A stretch of DNA of 64,000 nucleotides from Chrysomallon squamiferum (lineage: Eukaryota; Animalia; Mollusca): NCBI GenBank assembly GCA_012295275.1, contig CM022672.1, positions 24,242,001 through 24,306,000 on the forward strand, read 5' to 3'. The notes beneath the pieces are model-generated. The model searched no databases, was not told the origin of the DNA, and saw only the letters and a program-made list of their open reading frames with translations. Both the position numbers and the translations under genes were made by a program. This document shows, one piece after another, positions 55,750 through 64,000 of the stretch. How positions within the stretch are numbered: the stretch's first letter is position 1; each line of letters begins with the position of its first letter.

Positions 55750-57840
55750 TATAGATAGAAAGATACATATTTTGATCTCATTTTAAAATTTTAATTTGTT
55801 ATTTTTATTTACATTTTTCACTCTTTTATTTTTCTTCAGTGTTTCTAATTTTTAAATATTTTGTTATTATTTCAGAGAAGGAATTATTTTCTTTTTCTTC
55901 TCAATTATTAATTTTTGTCAAAAGCACGGAAGCCTTAAGGGCAAAGCTGTCAGTTCCCGACTTCCTAGTTAAAGAATCAATTACTCCCACAACGTCTAAT
56001 TTACCTCCCTTTGAACATAAGAAAAACGCCGCAGGACAAACGGCATGCATGCTTACAACAAACCCGAAGGAATATAATTTATCGTGGTGTTCTGGTAGCT
56101 GTATTCACCAAAACTGTGAAAACTGTCTTAGAAAGAAAAAAATCTAATTTATTTCTGTCAAACTTGGAAAGTTCAAGTTAATTCGTATTTAAATTGCCTC
56201 TCTGAAAACCAGAAAACCACTTTGTTTTTGTTGGGCATCGGTATTGTTTTCGTATATTTTGCAGAAAAGAGAAATCGAGGAATATTTATAACCGATTTTT
56301 AGCTGAAGAGTGATATTTTTTATTTATTAACAACTACTTCTTGAATAACTGTTCAAGGCGTTACTCTCTTTAAATATAATAATTATTATCACGTGCATAA
56401 ATAAAGTTTACGATTATTATTAACATGATCTCATTGTATGGACAGCGGTTGCCGATGTAATGATAGTTGTAATGGAGATGGTGACACAAAACACTGAAAT
56501 ATCTTTTTCTAATTTATTGCCTTTTTCTTTTTAAATCAAAAATAACTTATGCTTTTCTTGAGGGGGACGACATTTAACGAGTCCGTAATGTTTATTGTTA
56601 ACTTAAATTATATTATTTTCATTCTTCACCATCTACAAATGTTATTAAACAAATAATAAAAAGAACTAACTGGCATGAGGTGGCACATTACATCTTGCAA
56701 CGATCCCGCTGTGAATTCGCTGTGTATAGAAGCGAGTTAAGAGATGCAAACCGGTTATTAAAGCTGGTTTGTTCCATGTAAATTAAGATAATTAACGTCT
56801 GATAATAAGCTGAGACTTAATATTCTGTAAACATAAAAACTACCATTATTGTGTCGCATCAGACAGAACTGAAAAAAAAAAATACAAATCAATCAGTTTA
56901 CGAGTTAGAAATTGTCAATATTTGCACACTTCATCTCCTACGACTGTTTTAATAGTCTACATAGTTTTTACAGTTATTATTGTCTATGTAAATCCTATTT
57001 TCCTAATATTTCTTTTGTGAAACTGGCCAGAAAATTGATCTTATCATCTATGTATTACAAGCCTACCGTTCTAACCTATAAGAAGCAGTAACCAAGTATT
57101 TTGGTATATTTTTATTTATATATGCATGCATGTGTGTATGTATGTATATATGTATGTATGTACTTATGTATATATGTTTGTACGTATGGATGATGAATGT
57201 TTGTATGTATGTTCGTATTTAGGTACGTAAAAGAATATTCTTACCCTGTAATTTATTGTCTAACATGTTCCATAATAAATTCACACACATCTGGTATTCA
57301 TCAAAGAACATTAGGTGGGGGACTGTTTCTTTTCTGCTAGAATTGATTTTTCAATTAAGTAAAATAAAAATTATTCAGTTTTTATTATTTGCATCGCTGG
57401 AGCATTCAGGGAAAACACTCAACATTTGATGTTTTCTTCACCACACTTTTGTAGGTTTTCAAGAGACGTAAAGAAAATGAGTTTGTCTGGACATCTCTAA
57501 TGACTGAAAAGAATCGAATCCCTCATCTGTTAAGAAAGAAAAAAAAAAAAAAAAAAAAAAAAAGTGTTTTTTCTATTACTCTGTGAAGCACATTATTATC
57601 ACTTGCTTTTTCTACTTATTATAGGCATCTGTATTTAGTTGTTGCAGTTTTTGCTTTATATTTCAACAGTGACTCAAACAGTTTTACACAGCAGACTTTG
57701 AAACAAATAATCCGAAACTAAAGTGAATTATATTGAGAGGTTATTTCCTGTTCTTGGTTGTTGAATTTGACTTTGCATTTTAAAATTTATTTTTTGCTTG
57801 TTCCCCTTTATTTCTTCTTTTTTTATCATTTATCATCTTC

Positions 57841-57891
<51 letters not shown>

Positions 57892-57911
57892 CATCATCAT
57901 CATCATCATCA
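57841..57911. repeat. (ATT)n(ATC)n microsatellite
   Basis: Directly visible. Confidence 0.97.
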
Positions 57912-59048
57912 TTGTTATTGATAGTGGTGGTGGAGATGATATTGCATTTTTTTTGTTGATGTTTGAGAAAAATGTTTATTTTGTTTTGTCTAATGTTAAC
58001 ATGTTCTGAAAAATCCTCTAAGCGTCAATACATATTTAATCTTCATTCGATTATTCTTTCGTAGGAGTCTTCTATTTACCATCGACGCAAATATTTAGAT
58101 CATCATAACTGTCCCTCAACACAAAAACACTTTGAACTTGTTACATATCGTTTGATAGTGTTTTTACAAATTATTGTATTTTTATTATTATGAAAGACGT
58201 TATTTTCATCTGGTGAAATCTGTTTATCGAAAGGGAACAAATCTAAAAGAAAAGAAAAAACAAAAATGTCATAGTACATGCAATTAATAATGTATGAAGT
58301 AAAAAAAAAAAAAAAAAACCACACTTTTAACACTTGTAAAATTGTTACTTTTGTGGTTTTATCCGTAGCATTTATTTCCATTGTTGCTAAAGCAATAACT
58401 GACATTCCTTAATGATTTTATGTCGCTTTTTAAGCAGTACAATTCTCTTTAAGAGCACCCTTATGACAGCTTACGTGGGCAGAAAAAAGAATAGATATAA
58501 AATTATCGTTAATTCGTATTCGTGTTTACCAAGGTCAGAGAAGAAAGTACAACTCGGACACAAAGGTATTAGATATCTTAAAGTACCCTGAATTAAAGTA
58601 ATTCTGTTTATAATTTATTTTATTTATCCATTTCCAATTTATTATAATTATTTATCTTATTACATAATCTAGGACATGGGAAATAAAAGAAGAAAAAAAA
58701 AAAAAGAAAAGAAAGAATCAGTGAATGAATGACATCCAACTACCAAAATAACCTCGAAGAACGTTAATAACAAATTTTAATTGACATGCGAAATATCTGA
58801 AGCCGTTTTCCTGGAATGCGGGAGATTCCAGAGATTTGACGACACGCCAGTAGTAAAATGTGACAGCGCGCAACACTACTGACAGTTTTCACTTGTCTTT
58901 TTTTCTTCTTCTTTTCTCCTTTTTTTTAATACTTTATGTTTGCTGTTGTTGTCTTTTTTTACATCCTCTCTCTGTACTCCCTCTTCTACCTTTTGGTAAC
59001 TTCCTCTTTAACTCTGCCTTTTTCATCCAGTTATGTCTCCTCTTCTTT

Positions 59049-59051
<3 letters not shown>

Positions 59052-59100
<49 letters not shown>
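59052..59100. repeat. (CT)n microsatellite
   Basis: Directly visible. Confidence 0.98.
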
Positions 59101-59103
<3 letters not shown>

Positions 59104-60630
59104 CTGTATTTATGCCAGTCATTGTTTGTCATCTTCCTGTATTCTTCTGTCTTTCACAGATGAATACATTCTTCCTTTTGCTTAACTTGACACTAGTGCA
59201 AATTCTAATTTCGACAAACCTGCAATTTGTATATTCGATAGATTTTTCTTTTCATCAAAACCATCTGCCTTAAAAATTGTAAATACTCGACGCCTAATTG
59301 TTCAACGTCTTAAATGTTGCGTAAGTACAGAGTGTGCTAAGACAACAAAATGAAACTAATTTTAGAGTATTTTTGGCTCTCAAAGTAACTGGAACGCACC
59401 TAACGACTTACAACATGCTAAAGTATCGTAATCGTGCTGCCGAAGAAATCAAATCCAAATTTCTGTTTTTTCAAGTTCGCTAATTACAACACTGCACACT
59501 GAAAACCTATACATCTGAGACCCGGGAATGTTCTGTAGAACTAAATGTATTTTCATGCAACCTTAGATAGTGTTCTGCAATGCAACCTGTTGATAGAGCC
59601 TACAGTGGGTCGTCAGAAATGTAACATTGTTAAAAGAATAAAGAAATAAACTCACAGAAATATGTAAGCGGACATATATACACTAATACAAACAATCAGA
59701 TATACTCACATACATATTATATATATATATATATATACATGCGTACATTCATACATATCTACATCCATTAAAACATGCATATACATATACATGTACATTC
59801 ACACATATACATACATACATGTTCATATATGCATGCATATATACATACACACACACACACATACATTCATATATATATATATATATACTTTTAGACATGT
59901 ATATACAGACACATACCTACATAGGTGCACATATACATATCTCATTGTTAAGAAGAAAAAACGTAAGTGACTATGCTGTCAAAACTCAAGTGGCAGATTC
60001 TTTGGCGGCGCCACATAATTCCTTAGGTCTCGTTAGGTGATACATACCACCCACCTTTTCGCTGGAATCTGCGACTTCGGGAACTGTTTATATATGCTTT
60101 AAATTTGTTTTCTGAAATCACTTCATATCATAGTTATTTAAATAAGACGACGACGGTGAATTTGTTGGTAGTTGATAACAAACATCAGTTGTACTATAGT
60201 ATTTCAGTTCTCGTGTTACTGGTTTATTCTTTTGAAAGAACAGAAAAAAGTTAACTAATTAAATAAACGACCTATAGTACAAACACAGTTATTAGGTTAC
60301 ACTGGCTGTTTTGTTGTTGTTGTTTTTTGTAACAGAACAAAAAAAAAAAAAAAAAATAATGAATCTGAATAACTAAGCGGCTTTCTGTTCTTTTTGGTTA
60401 TTTCTAGAAGACAATCGTGGTCAAGCTGGTAATTTGGGTGCCGCGCACACTTCAGACAGCAGAATTCCTCTCACATTATTTTCTAGTCTTGAGTAATCCT
60501 TTGTGAAATGTGATTGATCACGCAATTACTTCTTTTTTTTTGACGGGAATAGGCGGGATGATAAGTCAGTTGTCATAACAACCTCAGATTTGAAGGCATA
60601 CATAAGATGAAAGCATTGGGCATTTGTATG

Positions 60631-60647
60631 AGTGCGTGCGTGCGTGC

Positions 60648-60707
<60 letters not shown>

Positions 60708-60767
60708 TTACTTTTTCCTTCTATCATTTTCGTTTTTCTTTATTTCTTTCTTTCTTTTTTTTTTCTT

Positions 60768-60812
<45 letters not shown>

Positions 60813-60817
60813 TAAAT

Positions 60818-60864
<47 letters not shown>

Positions 60865-60865
60865 T
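60631..60865. repeat. Compound (TGCG)/(TG)/poly(T)/(TTTA) simple repeats
   Basis: Directly visible. Confidence 0.97.
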
Positions 60866-61844
60866 TTTATTTACAGTATTGTTTACTTTATTTTTCTTAA
60901 TAATGAGGATAAGATGTCGATGGTTGGAAAAATTTACTGTCACTTTTTATAATTATTAAGAAGGAAATAGGTCAGTGAGCGAATGAATGAAAGAACGAAA
61001 GAACGAATGAACGAATGGTACTGGAACAAATATTAAAGAAAATATATTGTTCCATTGTACAAATCTAATAAATTCTGCTATCGGTTTTACCATTAGACAT
61101 CGATGTGTTAATCAAACGTTTTAATGAAAATCTCTGCTTATCTACCAGGTAGAAGGAGATGCAACAGAACGAAAATACAGATATTAATTTTCAGACATAA
61201 AAGGAAAAAAAGCAGATATGAGAACTACATCAAACTAAATGTGTTTCACTGAGCTATTTCTACGTTCACTGAAACCTGTTCTGCCGTAAACTGTTAGTAT
61301 TCCCAAAACATGCTAAAACGTTGAATGTTTTTCTCATTGAATTCGTGTAAAGTAACCTTAATATGCCAATCATAATAACCTATTGGAAGATTACACTTTG
61401 TATGTTTGTAGTTCACAACGAAATGGTACAGTAACCTACACAGAAGCTGTCTGAAGAGGTTACGTAGTGTGTGGGGTCGACAAGACAAATAAATTAATTT
61501 GGTTTCTGTAAGTTAATTTGTTAATTGCATTTTCTTCATCTGGAAGTCATTGCAGAGGGTGAAGAAACCTTTTTGTCACTCTTGGTTTTTGTGAAGGAAA
61601 AAGCAGGTGACAAGTGGTTGTTTATATAATTTATTGTTAACATTATTTTTTTCTTCTTCTTCTTTAAATTAAATATTAACTTAAATAGAATCACCTGACT
61701 GTTGAATTCCCGTCTGAATTTAAATACATGCATGTTAATGGCCATAACAATATTTATAGTTCAAACCGCAGACATCTGTTATATATAGTATGAATATAAG
61801 CAGGCACACATACTCACACTTATAGATATATGCATATATAAACA

Positions 61845-61997
61845 AACACACACACACACACACATACACACACATACATACACTCATTCAAATATACAAA
61901 CATAAATACACACACATAAATATAAACATTTCCTAGCTTATTTAAAGATATACAACAGACATCCGTATCACACACATACACATACACACACACACAA

Positions 61998-62028
<31 letters not shown>

Positions 62029-62130
62029 CACACACATACATACATATAGACACTCAGTCAAATATACATACATAAATACACATATACACATTTCCTAGCT
62101 TATTTAAAGATATACAACAGACATCCTTAT
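61845..62130. repeat. Tandem duplication, period ~162 bp, embedded in (CA)-rich sequence
   Basis: CATTTCCTAGCTTATTTAAAGATATACAACAGACATCC.TAT occurs at 61927 and 62089, each preceded by CACTCA.TCAAATATACA.ACATAAATACACA. Confidence 0.93.
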
Positions 62131-64000
62131 TTCGATATTCTGTTACAAGGTTATTTTCCCCTTCTCCTTAACGAATCCAAATTTTAACCACGCGGGAAAA
62201 ATAACATATCTGTGGCCAAGGTAAACGAAATATTAATCGCAAAAAGATTCTATGTTAAACAGCTGAAGCGAGTATGTTATGTTTTTGCATGCACCTACAT
62301 ATCATTACGTTTTGTCTGAAAATGGAAAATTAATATTTGTGCAAACTCTTTAATGACACTTTGAACGTAACTGGCTCTAAGTGGTAGGTCTTTGTATCAG
62401 TATTCTAAGATTTTTGGTTATATTATCAGCAATATATGTATGAATATGAATTTACGTAAATATCTATGTACTTAGTTACATGTTCGTGCACATATATGTG
62501 CATTTTTGAATTTTTAAAATGCATGCGTAAGTATGTCGCGGAAAGAAGGAAAGAGAAAAACAGACAGAGAGACAGATATTATATATAAAATGTATGTCAG
62601 TGTTCTGTAAATACCATTAACAAAATTCTGTGAAAACAAAAAAATATAATAATAAAATATTTGCGCACTGGCAACAAACAAAAAAAAAAAAAAAAATAAG
62701 TAAAACGGACATGCAAGATGTAACCAAATATTTTCAGTGTTATATACGTTAAAAATAAACTTTAATAAAAACTAATTGCAAAAAGAAATAATTTGTATTT
62801 CTTCAGTCATTTTCTCCGTGATTTGATAATATTCGGATAAAGATTGCTATCTTATTCTTACAAAGACGATATTCGCTGTTGTTAAAATTATATCTGATAT
62901 CGAAATATCGCAAATTAGTCTTTTATATGTCTTGATTTGGCTTATTCAGAAAAATGTCAGTTGAAGATGATATTTTAAAAGAGGTAGCCATTAATGAGAA
63001 ATGAAAAATCAGTTTAATGATACCAAAAATCTATTAAGTGTTTCTTAAGCAGAGTCTATCATAGATTAAAGTGAAAACTTAGCTTTTTCCCGTAGTAACT
63101 ACTTGACTAATTGCAAATTCTGACAGCAATTTTTTTTTCTTCAGAAGACACATAGGACTATGAATAGGATTTAGTCAAGAAATGTTCGGTTCATTAACTG
63201 AAAAGATAACCCTTAATATCAGCAGATGTAGTTTGCTTAATTAATACTTTCATACATGTATCTCAAGCGCCTTGATCTGCATCTTTAGCAGGTGCTTCAC
63301 CTAAACAGTATAATAAAAAGAAAGCTTGCGGTTGTTCTGGACTTTAGTACATATGTTGCTCGGAGCTTAAAGAGAAAGTCTCGTTAAACATGTTAATGAG
63401 GTATGCAGAAGTGGCACTGTTTTCGAAACACGAGATAGAATTTCATACAGTTATTTCTGAACATCTCCAAAACAAACGAGCGTCTTGAGTAATGCAGCAG
63501 GCGTATCAACAACACTTTTCTTTTCTTTTTTCCCCCTCCTTTCCCCTCTCCAGACTGTTAATGCGATCAGGTCATCTGAGGCATACACTAATAAATGAAC
63601 TCGTATGGAAATCCGGATGCTGAGTTAATTATATTAAAACGAACTGTTAAAAAGCTAAAATGAAGTGAAAATGACTTGTAGCTACTTAACGCTAATTTTG
63701 ACGAACGCGTTCATGAAAATAAATCAGTGAAATACTCGATATTCATAGGTGCGAAGAAAAAAAATCATAAATATTTCGAATATTTAATGCAATAAATCAA
63801 AATTACCACAGGAACACACAGTAATATAACCTACTAATTTTAAACAAATATTGTAATATTATATTAGGATAGCATCAATTTTCTATTCGTATTATGACAA
63901 TTGTGTTTTAAATGGGTCGACATATAAAGTGTTGGGACAAATTTAAACTTCAGTGTAATATATCTTTATATCCAATAAATTATATACGCATTAAAATTAA

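Overview
This is AT-rich, microsatellite-dense eukaryotic DNA. It looks animal and probably invertebrate, which is an inference from composition and repeat types. It reads as intergenic or intronic. I find no credible intact protein-coding gene, tRNA, rRNA or CRISPR array. Most supplied ORFs are translations of simple repeats, including the ~400-aa ORFs at 41.1-42.4 kb, which come from a minisatellite. The interpretable structure is transposon-derived: (1) two divergently oriented decayed Mutator/MULE transposase relics at 51.6-54.2 kb with three related termini; (2) a 725-bp pogo/Tigger-like MITE with TA TSD (55025-55749); (3) two copies of one hAT-type MITE family (2135-2403 with a near-perfect 8-bp TSD; 30422-30567 inverted); (4) a heavily decayed hAT-like transposase (~2.6-4.45 kb, minus strand); and (5) a 572-bp MITE with subterminal inverted repeats inside a (TAA)n tract. 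There are also several local tandem duplications, a CpG-richer island at 37.4-38.2 kb and a few candidate non-coding exons. I see no convincing previously undescribed biological system. The composite MULE locus is the most unusual structure. All family assignments come from motif recognition by eye, not database searches.
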